Assembly: GCA_004431415.1 (NCBI GenBank)
Contig: QPMI01000249.1
Location: forward strand, 1 to 64,000
Source: Cyanophora paradoxa CCMP329
Lineage: Eukaryota; Plantae; Glaucophyta
Reading direction: 5' to 3'
Length of the DNA stretch: 64,000 nucleotides
Shown one piece after another: positions 24,785-37,900 of the stretch. The position numbers were made by a program, and so were the translations under genes. How positions within the stretch are numbered: position 1 is the stretch's first letter; every line of letters begins with the position of its first letter. Under the pieces are notes generated by a model, which was given only the letters and a program-made list of their open reading frames with translations, was not told the origin of the DNA and did no database searches.

Positions 24785-26344
24785 TCACTCAGAGACAAGT
24801 TCTACCCATCCAGAACGCCGTAAACTGGCCGTTAAATGGCCTCTGCCGGGGGGCCTCATACTCTTGAAAGCGGCCCGCCGGTCGTTCAAAACTTGCGGCG
24901 GCGGCGCAGGGGCCGCCGGCCGCGGACGCCGGGGCGGGTCGGGGCGGCGCCTCAGGGGAAGGAGGCGGAGAGGCGGCTCGCGCGCGCCGGGAGCGCCGGC
25001 TCGCTCTGGCGCGGCGACGCCAGCGGCGCGCTCGAGGCGCCCTCGCCGAGCGCCGCCCCGGCCCTCGCGCTTCCGAGCGGCGGCGGGTACGTTGAGCACT
25101 GCACATCGTCCCGCCCCTGCATCTGCCGCCGAGGGTGAGGGAGGGAGGCGGGGACGAAAGGACGGCGCCCGCCCGAGCTCGAACCTTGGGTGCGACGGAC
25201 GCGGCGGCGGGCACCGGGGCGGCGTCGAAGCGGCGGGCGACGTTGAGTATGGCGAACTTGCGGAGCTGGAGGCCGATGTCGGGCGCCGACCCGAAAGCCC
25301 GCACCGCGTGCCGCAGCGGCGCGCGCGGCTGCACCGCCCTCTGCGCCCGCGGCTCTTCCGCCGCCGGGAGGACCGCGGCCTCCGGAACGGTTCCCTTGAG
25401 CGCCGCCGTAAGGGCGGAGCGGCGGGGCGCAGCGGCCGTGGCGCGGCTCTTCGGTTTCGGGGGGGTCGGCAGGCCCAGCCAGCGGATTCCCGCCGCCGGC
25501 TCGATGTCTGAGAGCGAAGCAGTCAGAGAGCGGCTCGAGGAGCGACCCAAAAGGAGCTCACATTGCCAGGGCTTGATCGAGACGCCCGAGTGAGGAGGCC
25601 GCGCGGGGGCGACGATGGCCTGCTTCAAGTTCTGCAAGAACATCGCGCATCTGCGGTTGGCGGGATGCACGGTCAGGAGGGGCGGGTCTGCCAGGGGGCG
25701 GGGCCCCGAAAGGGCAGCGGGCGGGTGAATTCGAAGGGGAACGCACGCCGGCCCGTCGGAGCTCTCGCTCGTCGTCCAGCCTTTCGCCAGGCTGCGCAGC
25801 ATGTCCTCGAAACGCTGCGGCGAGACGACGCTGCCGCCGCACGCGTCGGCCGCGAAATCCGTCTGCGTGACTCCGGTCAATCACAACGAGGGACGGCGCC
25901 GGCCAGCGGGGCCCACCATAGCCACCGTCTGCGCATCCTCCGCGTTGAATTCAAACCTCAGGGCGCGGAAGAGGGCGCTGCGGCAGCGGCGGTCAGGGCG
26001 GGCGAGGAGCGCTAGCGGGGGCGCGTGGGCTCGCACTTGTGCAGCGTGAGATAGCGGGACAAATCGAGAACATCGGTTCCGTTTGTCGCAGCAATCCACA
26101 TCTGCGGGGAACGTGAGGCGCGCTCCCGATAGCGCAATATTTAATCCGCCCCTTCGTCTCGTACCTCAGCGATGAGGAAACTACAAGACGGCGAGCCGCA
26201 CGCCTCGTCGGCGCCCCCGAGGTCCATCGGTGCAAGCTCATCGATGGGCTCGACGTGAACCGGCTTGCGCCTGGGAGACCGCTGGACCTGTCCAGGGCCG
26301 CGCGCGACGAGCACCGTGCCGTCGAAGACCGCCAAAGGCGCCAT
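24785..26344 (-). CDS. Hypothetical multi-exon protein
   Basis: Coding-like segments bounded by splice-like sites (MAPLAVFDGTVLV..., ALFRALRFEFNAEDAQ, QRFEDMLRSLAKGW, CAMFLQNLKQAI). No recognisable domain; ends uncertain. Confidence 0.4.
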
Positions 26345-27348
26345 GCTGGACGCTCCTCGTCGCTCTGGCTCTAGACTGCAGCGCGCTGTACGCGTAGGGG
26401 AGCTGCCTCGTCCGCTGCTGCTGCTGCGCAGCTGCGCTGGTCTGCGCGCGAGGCGCGCGGCTCCTCGAACAAGCACGACCTTGGAATCAACTTTGTACCC
26501 GCCACGCGCTGGCTAGCGCCGTTTCGATGCATCTTTGAATCGGTCCCGTGGTCACGCCGTCAATAGAGGCTCGACTCACGCAGCAGTCACGCAGACTCAC
26601 GCGACTCACGCTCGCGGATAAGGCAGTTAGCCGCTCGAGTCTCGAGTTTGAAACGTCAAAAAAAGTTTAAAAAACGTTACCCTAAACGCTTCAGACCCGG
26701 CAACTTACGGCGGCAAGCCAAATTATTGAGCCGAATGGCTAAGATGCACTCTACCCCCGCGCCGCCTTTTCCCCCTGGCCTTCTTGGGGTACGGATACGT
26801 ACGATGGGTTGGCCGAACGCGAGCCGCAGCGCCGCGCTCGCGCTGCGGCGTCTGCCTTCGGACCTGCATTTCCCGATCAGGTTCGCTTCCCCGCACGCGC
26901 ACCCTCGATCACGCGGTTGAGCGCTCGATTAGCGGCGGCGGCCGAGTTGAAGCGAGCCTCGGAGTGCGTTAGTAATATTTCAGCTATCGATGTTGCGATT
27001 GCGATGTTGATCGCCGATGTTGCGATTACGATGTTGCGATTAGACTTGGTCGCCTCCCGCAGCGATTGCGATTTCAGGGCTTGTGCCGATTACGCTGCGG
27101 CGCTGCGATTACGATCGCGCCTAATATTTCAAGCTTAAGGTTTAGCCTGCAGCTGCGATTACAAATTCATCGGGGGGGGGCGGCCGGGGTGACCCCCGAG
27201 GTCGCCCCGCAACCCGGCGAGCCCGGCGGCGGCCGCCGTCGGAACTCCCGCTCCCTGCAGTGCGCGCCGGCCTGCCTGCGCGCCATCTCGGGGGCGGGCG
27301 GTGCGCTTCGCGGCCCGGGCCTTCTAATCTGACTGCCGCCCTCTGCAG

Positions 27349-29923
27349 GCGCCAGGAGGGTGAGGCCGCCGCTGGCGTGGGCCCGGGCGCCGCCCCGCGC
27401 ACAGACGTCGCCGTGCGGGACCTCGCGGAGAGCCTCGCAGCCGTCGGCATCAGCGGCGGGCAGCCGTGCGCCGTTCCCGCCCCTTCCTCCCCCCTCTCCG
27501 TCTCACCCTCTCCCGGGGGGCCACCGTACCCAGGCGCGGGCCCGGCGGGGCGGACGACGATTCTAAATGTAAAACTGAGTCAAGGGGGCGGCAATGGGCC
27601 GCAAATAATCGTCCGTCTCCGGCCCAGGGGGCCAATTTAAGGTCAAGCTTCGAGCCGGCGGCTCATGATCAGGGAGATGAGGAATTGGTTTGTTCATTGG
27701 ATGTCTTTCCACAGCGGGCTCTCGCCCAGGTGCCATGCAAGCCCCGCGAGAGCACGCCGCAGATGCGAACGCGAAAGAGCAGCGCGGGGCGACGTGGCGC
27801 GCAGGCATGCGCAGCGCACGCGTACGGCCCCCTCCGGTGTGCCCCCCGGCCAACCGCGACGCGGTCGCGATCGAGTGACCCAGCCAATTGCAAGTGCGAG
27901 CCGCGCAGAGCTCCACCCAGGCGAGCACCCCTTAGGCTCTCGCAGTGGTGAAGTACAGGCAATCGGATCCCCAAGCTGCGGCGCAGGCCGCCGGCCTCGT
28001 CGTCGTAGTTTGGGCAGGATAGGGGGACCGCGTACCCCCCTTCAGCGGGCCCTGCCTGCGTTGCCCGCAGGCTTGTCGCCCCCGTAGGTAGCACAGACCC
28101 AGCTCAAGCTCCTGCGATGTCCGCAGCTAGCATGCCTGTGTTATCAATGCGCTCATGGAGGCTCTGGGTGCAGCGCCGCCCACGCGGCCGCGGAGGGCCT
28201 GATCGTGCTGTGCGCGACGCAGTGGGCCCAAGATGCGCGCTCCAGGCTGCGCAACGATCCGTTCCTTTGACGTGCGTCGCTTGGGCGCGAACGCCTGAAC
28301 ATGCCTCAACGGGCTCAGGTCGCCGCTGCTCGAGGCGCTCGCAGCCGCCCGGTCGGCGGCTGCGAACGCGCTGAGACGTAGCTACAGCTCATCGGCAGCC
28401 GTCCCGGCTGCCCCTGCTCCCTTAGAAGCGCAGTGCGCGTCCGGCCGCGGGTGTTTGCGTCCTCCGCCCCGCCTGATCGACACCCGCGCGGGCGTCCCGC
28501 CCAGGGACGTGGCGGAGCGGCTGTCGAAGCTGCCGGTGGCGGTGCTGCGGGGCGAGGACGAGGCGGAAGGGAGCGTGACGGAGTACCTCATCCTCGGGGT
28601 CGAGCACGGCGACCGAGGGCGCGCATGCGCTCGCGCTTGGCCTTCTCCTCCCGCGCGCCCAAACGCGACCGCGCAGCTCGATGGACGGCGTGCGAAGCGC
28701 CGTGCGGCTCTTCCAGCCGGACGCGGTGGGGGCCCCTTCCGCAGCGAGCCCGGCTGAGGCTGAGGCGGGGGCGCCTTCAGGTGGTTCTGGAGCACTGCCC
28801 CTTCTCGCTGAAGTCGGAGCTTCCGGACGCCCTCAAGGAAATCCCCGACTTCGAGGCCGCCGCCGCCGTCCAGGCCCGCCCCGCCCCGCCCCGCCCCGCC
28901 CCGCCCCGCCCCGCCCCGCGCCTTCTGAGGGGATGTCAACAGGAGGCCGCGCTGCTCCCCGGGGAGTGCCGCTTCGTCCTCGCAGACCGGCTCTGCGTCC
29001 TGACCGAGTGGCGCATCCTCGCCGCCCTCGGATTCGACCCCGCGCCGGCCGCCCGCGAGCACCTCGCCGCCGTCCCCTGGGCCGGCGTGCACACCCTGTG
29101 CGCAGCCTTTCCCCCCTGGCCGCTCTCCTCTGCATCCGTCTTCTCGCTGAGGGCGGGGGCAGGGTGTTCGACATGGAGGACGATCCCTTCCAGGAGCTGC
29201 GGGCGGACCTCGAGGAGGGGCCCGCCGCCGACGCCTTCGACCGCGCCCTCATCCACGCGCGCCCGCCCCGCGCCCCCGCCCCGCCCCGCGCGGCCCTGAC
29301 GCGGCGCACAGGAGCGGGACGACGTGCTGGCGTGGTCGCTGCTCTCGCACCCGCGCCTGCGGGGCGCCCGCCGCGTCCTCGCCCTCTTCGGCGACGGCCA
29401 CCTCGCCGCGCGCCCCGCCCCCGCCCCCCGCGGCCCTCCCCCGCCTCACGCGGCCTCCGCAGGGCGTCAACGAGCGGATGCAGGCGGGGGAGGTGGTGCT
29501 GACGGACCACCTGGCGCCCCCGCCCTCGCTGTACGGCCCGGCGGCGCGAGCGCTCTTCGTGGAGCACGGGGCGGACCCGCCGGACGCGACCCCGGCCTTC
29601 CAGCCGGCCGCCGTCGCCGCCTGGCTCGCCGAGGCCGAGACCGCCTCCTACACCCTCCTCGACCGCCTCCGCGGCGAGATCCTGGCGCGCGCGCCCTCCC
29701 GCCCGAGCCCATGCGACGCCGCCCCTCCCGTCTGACTCGCCCGCGCGCGCCGGGCAGAGGCGGGTGCTCGAGGGCCGCCTCGTGCCCCCGCGACCCGCGA
29801 GGCCCCTCCCCCGCCCTCCGCCTCGCCCACGCCCCCGCCGCCGCCGCCGCCCGCCGCCCTCGCCGGCCCCTCTTCCTCCCCCGCTCCCAGGGCCCCGCCC
29901 CCCGCGCCCCGCCCCCCGCGTAG
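27349..29923 (+). CDS. TraB/GumN-family domain protein (5' exons uncertain; core 28.5-29.7 kb)
   Basis: EYLILGVEH, VVLEHC, FVLADR, ERDDVLAWSL and VLALFGDGHLA|GV follow the TraB motif order (GTAH, VELC, GDR, ERD, VGAGH). Confidence 0.7.
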
Positions 29924-29989
29924 CCTCCCTGTGCCGTCTCTCCAGTTCTCAACCTGCCCATAGCTTCTCGCCGTCTACCTCTTCCTCCC

Positions 29990-32900
29990 CTAAGAGCCGC
30001 CGCCGCGGCTAGGGGCCCGCCAGGAGGTCTCTTCCTCCCCGGGGCCCGGCTGAGGGCTCGCTGTGGCGGGGCCCCCGGAGCGCCCCGAGCGGGCGGAGCG
30101 GCCCGAGGGGTTCGCGCCCCCGCCCTTGAGCTCCTCCAGCTCCGACCTCGCCTGCTCCATGATCTGCACAAGGCAAAGCGTCAGGCTTGAGCTTGACTGC
30201 GTCGAGCGGCGACGAGGACGCACGCGGACGGACTCGGTGGCGACGCGCTCGGCGACCTGCCGCTGCGTGGCCTCGTCCCTCAGGCGCTGCTCGAGGTGGA
30301 GGCGGTGCGCGGCCTCCTCGCGGAGGCGCTGCTCGAGGTCGAGGGCCCGCGCCTCCACCGACGTCCGCTCCAGCGCCGCCCCCTGCAGCCTGCGCCGCCT
30401 GAGCCAGCGAGGCCGAGCTCCCCACGCATCCCCGCGCACTGCTCCAGGAGCTGCTTGCGCTGCAGCTCCGTGCTCCGCGCCGCCATGTCCGCCCGCGCGT
30501 TCGCCTCCGCCACCCGCGCCAGCAGCTCGTCCCGCTCCGACCGCACGCCCCCGACCTGAACGCGGGGCGTCCGTCGCGCACGGCCCCCGGGCCCAGAGAG
30601 GCGCTGGGCGCACGCTCTGGGCGACGGCGGCGGCGCTCTCCTCGAGGGCGGAGCGGGCGCGGCGCTCGGCCTCCCACTGCTCGCGGGCCGCCGCCAGCGC
30701 CGCCTGCAGCTGCTCCGCCTGCTCCTGCGCCGCCGCCGCGCGCTTCGCCCCCGCGATGCGCTCCTGCGAGAGGCTCGCCTCCGCGACCCGCAGCGCCTCC
30801 TCCAGCCCCGCCGCCCGCTCCGCCGCCTCGCGCTGGGCGGCGCGCGCCTCCGCCAGCGCCCCCCGCTCCCCCTCCAGCTGCTCCCGCGCCGCGTACAGCT
30901 GCCGCCCCGCCCCGTCAGAGAAAGACAGAAAGAGAGGGAGGGGAGGAGGGGGGGGGGGGGGGAGGGGGGAGGGGGCGGAGCCGGCGCACGGCGGCGGACT
31001 CCTGCTCGGCGGCGGCGGCGGCGAGGTCGCGCTCGGCGGCGACGGCCTCGAGCTCGCGCTGCAGCTCCGCGCGCTCGCGCTGCAGCGCCCGCTCGCGCTC
31101 CTCGGCCTCGGCGAGCCGCTGCTGGCGCCGGCGACGCGCCCCTTCTCCCGCTCCGTCTGCGCCGCCACCTGCAGCGCCTCGCCCGCGCCGCCGCCAGCGC
31201 CGCCTCCCGCTCCGACGCCGCCTCCGCCAGCTGCTGCTCCAGCGCGCGGCACTGCGGCGAGGTTCAGGCGGGGGCGGGGCGCTCGGGCGGGCGCCCCGCG
31301 CGCCTTCTCCTCCCAGGCCGAGACGGCGGAGCGGAGGTCGTCCCGGGCCCGCCCCGCCTCCTCGAGCCGCCCCCGGCCCGCGCCAGCTCGCCCTCGAGCG
31401 CCTCGAGCTCGGCGAGGCGCTCGCGCAGCGCGGCCGCCTCGTCGGCGCGGCGCTGCGCGTCGGCGCGGGCGGCGCGCAGCTCGCCCCGCACGACGGCGAC
31501 GGCGTCCTCGACGCGCTTGTCGGCCGTCTCCGCCGCCCGCCGCGCCCGCACCTCCATGCGCCGGCACGCCTCCAGCTGCCCGCGAGCTCGAGCGCCTCCC
31601 GCCGGGCCGCCTCGACCTGCCCCGCCGCCGCCTCCGCCCGCCGCGCCTCCGCGTACTTCTCCCGCTCCAGCGTCTCCAGGCGCCGCCGCAGCTGCCCCGC
31701 CGCCGCCTCGGCCTCCGCGGCGCGGGCCTCGGCCTCGGCGGCGCGCGCCTCGGCGGCCTCGCGGCGGGCCGCCTCCTCGGCCGCCTGCTCCCGCACGGTC
31801 GCCAGGTACCGGTTCTCCATCTCCCGCACCGCGAGCTGCCGGCCCCGTCGGGCGGCGTCGGGCAAGGCGGGGGGCACCAGGCACCAGCTCGCGCGTCTGC
31901 GCGTCCGAGGCCGTCGCCAGGCGCTCGATCACCGCCTGCTTCGCCATCGAGTCGTACCCCGCCTCCTGCCCGCCCCCGGCCCCCGCTCAGGCGCGGCGCG
32001 CGGGCGCACGGAGCGGGGCGCGGGCGCGCGCACCCGCTGCTGCCGCTCCAGCGCAGCCTCGAGGGAGCGCACCCGCGCCGCCAGCCTGCCGCACAGTGAG
32101 GGGCAAGGAGCGAAGAGGGAGGGACCCGCGAGCACCGGTTCTGGGCGCCCTTGACGAGAAGCACGCCGCCGTCGTAGGCGGCGCGCATCCGCCGCAGCGC
32201 CCCCGTCGCCGCCTGCACCACTGCACCCAGAGAGGAGCTGAGCAGAGGAGGAGAGGAAGAAGGGGAGGGGGGCGGGCCCTTGGTGAAGTCGGCGCCGAGG
32301 CGGGCCTTGAGGGTGTGCTCCGCGAGCTGCACGACGAGGCCCCAGGCGCGCAGCAGGGCCTCCAGGCGGGCGCCCTCGGGCCCCGAGGCCGCCCCCGCCC
32401 CCGCCCCGGGCTCGAGGACGCTGGTGAGGACGCCGTGGACGCCGGCGCCGTAGAGGTAGAGGGTCCGGTAGAGGCGGTCGGCCCCCGCGGCGGGCACGCC
32501 GATCGCCCGCAGTGCCTCGCGGGAGAGGCCCTCCCGCGCCAGCGACGTCCCCAGCGCCGAGGCGAGGGCCCCCTCCAGCCACGCCTCCACCCGCTCCCCC
32601 TCCTCCCGGCCCCCGCCCCCCCGCCCCGCCCCCTGCGGACCCACCGGCGGCAGCCCGTCCGCGCTGCGGTTGAGGCGCCCGGCCGGGGTGGCGGCCTCGA
32701 TGTGGGGGGCGGAGGCGGAGGCGCGGAGGAGGGCGGGGGCGGCGGCGGGGCCCGAGGCGGGGCGGAGGTCGGGGAGGGAAGAGCGCAGGGAGCCGTGGAG
32801 AGAGCCGGGGACGGGGTACGCGGGGCCCGTGTCCTCGCCCTCCCCTTCCCAGCCCGCCTCGCCTTCGTCGGGGCCGGGGAAGGGCAGGGGCGAGGGAGCG

Positions 32901-33593
32901 CCGGGGCCGTGGGGGTGGGCGGGGCCGAGGGCGGGGCCTGGAGGGCGGCCACGGCGCCCTCGAGCTCGGCGACGGCGTCCCCGAGCTCAGCCAGGACCGC
33001 CTGCGCCGCCGCAGCGTCCCGCGGCGCCTTCACCCCCGCCGGCACCTTCTTCTTCCGCTGCCCCGGCGAGCGCGCGACCTGGGACCTGCCGCCGGCGGCG
33101 CGGCGCGGCGCGGCGCGCCGGCGTCGGTGGCAGATTGGGCAGCGGCGTCAGATTGTACCCACCGCTCGAGGGCGCTGATGGAGCTGTGGAGGACATCGCT
33201 GTACCGAAGGATGCTCGACTCGAGCTCCGGGTTCCCGGTGTAGCGCTGGCGCACAGTTAAAGTTAGCTACGACGCAGAAAGAGGCCCATTGTGGGCTAGC
33301 GCCGATGAGGCCGAGCTGGCTCCGATGAGCCAGCGCCGGCGGTCCAGGACTGACCTGTGGCGTAGCTACCAGGGACGCTCTGTACATCGCAAACTACCAC
33401 GGGTGCATGGGGCTCGCAGGCGAGCGTCGCCAGGCGGCGGTTTGGGGCTGCCGACTCTAGATATGCTGCTTACGCTTGCTGCCGGCTCTAGATATGCTGC
33501 TGGGGGTCTAGAGAGTGTGCTCGAGGCGGCCTGCGTTGTCTTGGATCTGTTGGGCCAACTTGGTCTAGACGGGTACGCGAACTCAGAGCGCAT
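29990..33593 (-). CDS. Long coiled-coil hypothetical protein
   Basis: Many Glu/Ala/Arg heptad-rich exons, plus a globular exon LSREALRAIGVPAAGADRLYRTLYLYG. Start uncertain. Confidence 0.65.
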
Positions 33594-33730
33594 CCCTTCT
33601 TTTCGCAGCGCAGGCAGAGGCAGAGCACATCCCGGTGTCATACGTAAGCTCCCAATGCACAGGCGAGGCAGAGCACCGGAGCGCTAAGGCCCCCGTGCAG
33701 GACTCGCGTTGTTCCTGCAGGAGCGTCGAG

Positions 33731-34627
33731 ATGGATACGCTTAGCTCCGAGATATGGCGCGAGACACTCAAGAAAGAGATGAAGGCCAAAGAAGGTGGGT
33801 GCCAAGGTCGCAGGCGCTGGCGGCTGTTTAGCGCGGAGCGAGGAGTTCTGGGACTGCAGCTGTCTCTGGGGGGCTTCTAGGTTAGGCGGCGGCGCCCGCG
33901 CCAGGCGGCAACCGAACAACCGCAGAAGCGCTTCGCGTGCGAGGATGACCGCTGACGCTGGGTCGCCGCAGCGTGGGTGCAGAAGTATAAGCCGGGGCTT
34001 GCGAGTGCGGAGCAAACAGCGCTGCACCCGGAGATGATGCAGAAGGCCTTGGTGCGTTAGCCGCACACCCCCACGCGCCACGCCACGCCACGCCGCCGCG
34101 CGCCTCCCTCACGGCCCGCCCGCCCCGCAGGCCCCCGGAACCCCAGGCTCTAGAGTTGACCGGTACGCTTTCGTAGCCGCCCAGGGACCCGGGCCTTCGG
34201 GGCGCCGGATCACCGACCCCACCGGGCCGCGCTGCAGGTTGCTCGAGCTGAAAGAGCAGCTGAAGAAGATCGAGAAGGTGCCGCCGCGCCCCGCCATCCC
34301 CGCCCAATCGCCGCTCGGCGCCTGACGCCCGCCCGCCCCGCAGCTGGTGGAGGAGGAGGTGCCCCGTAGACCCCGCGGGCCTGCCCCGCCCCTCGCCGGC
34401 CCGCCTGACGCCCGCGGCAGCTCGGCGAGTCCCAGAAGGGCCTCAAGCCCCCTGGCACCTCCGGCGTGCGTCGTGACCCTCCCCGTTACCCCTCAGCCCC
34501 CTCCCCGCCGACGGGGGGGGCGCGGCAGTCTGTGCGCTCGCAGAAGAGCAACGCGAGCGCGCTCAGCAAGGCGAGCAGCACCGCGAAGCTGCACGGCTCG
34601 TCCAGCCTCGCGAAGCTCCACAAGTGA
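33731..34627 (+). CDS. Small multi-exon hypothetical protein
   Basis: Spliced MDTLSSEIWRETLKKEMKAKE|AWVQKYKP...LLELKEQLKKIEK|LVEEE|LGESQKG...LAKLHK*, with GT-AG introns. Confidence 0.6.
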
Positions 34628-34985
34628 AGGCCCGATCAGCTCCGTTTGACGAAATTTCTTCTTAGAATAGGCGCGTATAGGCTACAGCGCTAGCGTGAAG
34701 TTGTAGGGCCTCGGGAGACCGTACGCGTCGACGCCCCTCTCGCCGGCGCGTCCCGCATTAATATTGTCAGGTCCAATGCATCATTGTACTTTTAGAACGG
34801 TTCTGCGTCTGCGCCATTGCTGTCGGGTGGCTGCGTGGCGGCCGCTAAGCAATAAGCACGTGCGCCCGCCGGCCGCGCGTAGCTAGGGGGGAGGGGGATC
34901 CGGAGGGGAGGGGGTAGACCGGCTGATTGCTGCCGCTCAGCGCGCGGCTCATTCAAGCGCACAGAGCTGCGCGCTTGCGCTTGGC

Positions 34986-37900
34986 ATGCAGAGCCGCGCG
35001 AACGGGGGAGACCGGCAGGAGCGCAGGCTCTCCGTGCGGAGGCAGTCGCTCGGGGACGACGCGCAGCAGCAAGCGCTCTCCTCCCTCGAGGCCGCGATCG
35101 TTAACTCGCAGGTCGCTGCGCATTCCTTTGCGCACACGAGACCGAGACCGACGCGGGCGTTGCGTCCGCGCAGAGGCCGCTGCCGTCCGATTTCCTCGTC
35201 TCCGTAGTGAGCTAATCCGTTAAAAACAGAAATTATAAAGGCAGCGACTTACGTGCCCTAGTACAGACGACGCTGGGGCACGAGCCACTCGTCAGGATGG
35301 CTCTCGATGCCGGCACCAACCCCGACGCGCGGGACGCCGGCGGCCGCTCGGCGCTGGAAATGGCGATCCGGACGCGGCGAGCGGACCTCTGCGAGCTACT
35401 CCTCTCGCGCGGGGCCGACGCGCGCGCGCTCCTGCACGACGGCAGCGCGCCGCTCGCCGCCGCCTGCCTCCTCCTCTCGAACTCCGCGGCGGACGGGCCC
35501 GCGCACCGCTGCTTTCAGGCGCTCTTGGCGCACGGGGCGGACGCGGCGGCGCAGGGGACGGACGGGACGGCGGCGGTGCACGCGGCGGCGCTGCGGGGGC
35601 ACGCCGGCGCGCTGCGGGAGCTGCTCCGGCGCGGGGCGCCCGCGGAGGCGCGGGACGGCCACGGCTGGACCGCGCTCAAGATCGCCGCCCGCCGCCTCCA
35701 CGCCGACTGCCTCCGGCGCGCTGGCCCCGCCCCCCGCCGCGCCTCTCTCCTCTCATCCGCCGGTCGCCGCGGCGCGCAGGGCGCTGATTGAGGCGGGGGC
35801 GGACGCGGCGGCGCAGGACGACGAGGGATTCGTCGCCCTCCACAACGTCGCCGCCGAGCTCCCCGCCTGCGCCGCCGATTCCGACCCCTCCCGTGCCCCG
35901 GCCCCGCACGCCCGCCCGCCCGCCCGCCCGCCGGCCCCGGCGACGCCGCCGGGGCCCCTCCGCAGCGGCCTTCGAGTGCCTGCGGCTGCTGGTGGAGCTC
36001 GGGCGCTCGCCTCTCGACGAGGCGACGCCGCCGGCGGCGCGGCGGCCCCGCCCCGGCGCCTCTGCCTCGCGCTCACTGCGCGGCGCATGCAGGGGACGAC
36101 GGCGCTGATGAGCGCGGCGAGGCAGGGGAGCGTGCCCGGCGTGCGGCTGCTGCTGCGCGCCGGCGCCGACCCCGAGCGCCGGGACGCCGGCGGGTGGACC
36201 GCCCTCAAGATCGCCGCCGCCCGTGGCTCCCTCCCCGTCGTCCGGTCCGGCCCGCCCCTCCCCGCACCGCCCCGCCGGCCCCGCCGCCGGTCCCCGCCCG
36301 ACGCGGGCGCGCATGCGCAGGGCGCTGCTGGATGCCGGGGCGACGCCGTGCGGAGAGGACGGGGAGGGGTTCCGCGCCCTCCACAACGCCTGCTGCCTGC
36401 TCGCGGCGGGGACGCCCCTGCCCGACGGCGGCGCAGGCGGCGCCGGGGCGGGGCCGGGGCCCGGGCGGAGACGGAGAGCGCGAGGCGGCGCGAGGCGGCG
36501 TGGGCGGCGGCGGCGGCGTGCGTGGCGGAGATGGCGATCGAGGACGCCGCCAAGGCCGCCGTGGCCGAGCTCGAGCGCGCCGCCCCCGCCGCCCCCGCCG
36601 CCGCCCCGCCGGCCCCCGCCCCGCACCCGCCCCAGCCGCCGCCCTCGCCCCGGCGGGCCAGCGGGGCGGGAGGCGAGGACGCGCCGCTCGCCATCGTCCG
36701 CCTGCTCCTCTCGGCGTGCACGTGCCGCCACTGCGCCAACGCCCGCCTGCCCCGCGGGCCCGCCCCTCCGCCCCGCCCCGCCCCGCCCCGCGCCCCGCCG
36801 CTACGATCCGCCCAGCGCGCGCAGGACGACGCCGTTGATGCTGGCGGCGGGGCGGGGCCACGCGCCGGCCGTCTCGCTCCTGCTCCGCCACCGCGCCGAC
36901 CCGGCCGCCCGCGACGAGGACGGCGACACGCCCCTCCTCCTTGCCCTCAAGGCCCGCCCCCGCCCCCGCGCCCTCTCGGCCCGGGCCGAGGTCCAGCTCG
37001 AGCAGGCGGGGGCCCCGCGGGACGCGGCGGTGCGCGACATCGCTCGGCTCCTCCTCTCGAGCCCCGTGCGTCCCCCGGCGCCTCTGCGGGCCTCGCGCTG
37101 CCCTCCGAGGGGCGGGGCGGGGGGGGCCAGGCAGGGCAGCGGGCGGGGCGGGGGGCCGGGGTGGACGCGCAGGACGCCCGCGGCTGGACGCCCCTCAAGC
37201 TCGCCGCCAAGAAGAACCTGCCCCTCGCCGCCCGGCCCGCCCCCGCCCCCTCCGCCCCGCCCTCCCGGCCTCGCTGAGGCGAGGGCGCCGCAGGGAGCTG
37301 CTGTGGGGCCACGGGGCGGACCCCGCCCTCGCCGACTGCGAGGGCTTCCTGCCCCTCCACAACGCCGCCGGCAACCTCCGCCCCTGCGCCCAGCTACTCC
37401 CCGCCTCCGGCCCCGCCCTGCAGGCCCGGGCGGCGGCGGCGGGGGCGGAGGGCGAGGGCGGTGAGGCGGCGTGGGCGATCGTTCGAGACCTGATCGAGGC
37501 GGGGAGTCCCATCGACACTCCGGCGGTCCGCCCGGGCCCGGGGCTCGCCTCCGCGGCCGGCCGAGTCCGACGGGGCGGGCAGGGCGCGGAGACGGGGAGC
37601 TGGCCCCACGCGACGCCCCTCATCATGGCCGCCTCCCGCTGTGCGCCGCCCGCCTCACATCCCGGCACCCACCGCCTCGCACCCTCCCTGAGTCGCGGGC
37701 CGGACTGCAGCGCACGCCCCCGCCGTGGCGCTCCTCCTCGCCCGCGGCGCCAGCGTCCGCGCGGTGCCTGCAGCTTGAGCTTGAGCTTCCGGGCCCGGCC
37801 GGCGCCTCTTGCCTCTGAGGCGGGGGCGCAGGCGGACGCGGACGGGGACACGGCGCTGCACGGGGCGTGCGCGGGGAGCTCCTCGGCGGCCCTCGCCTCC

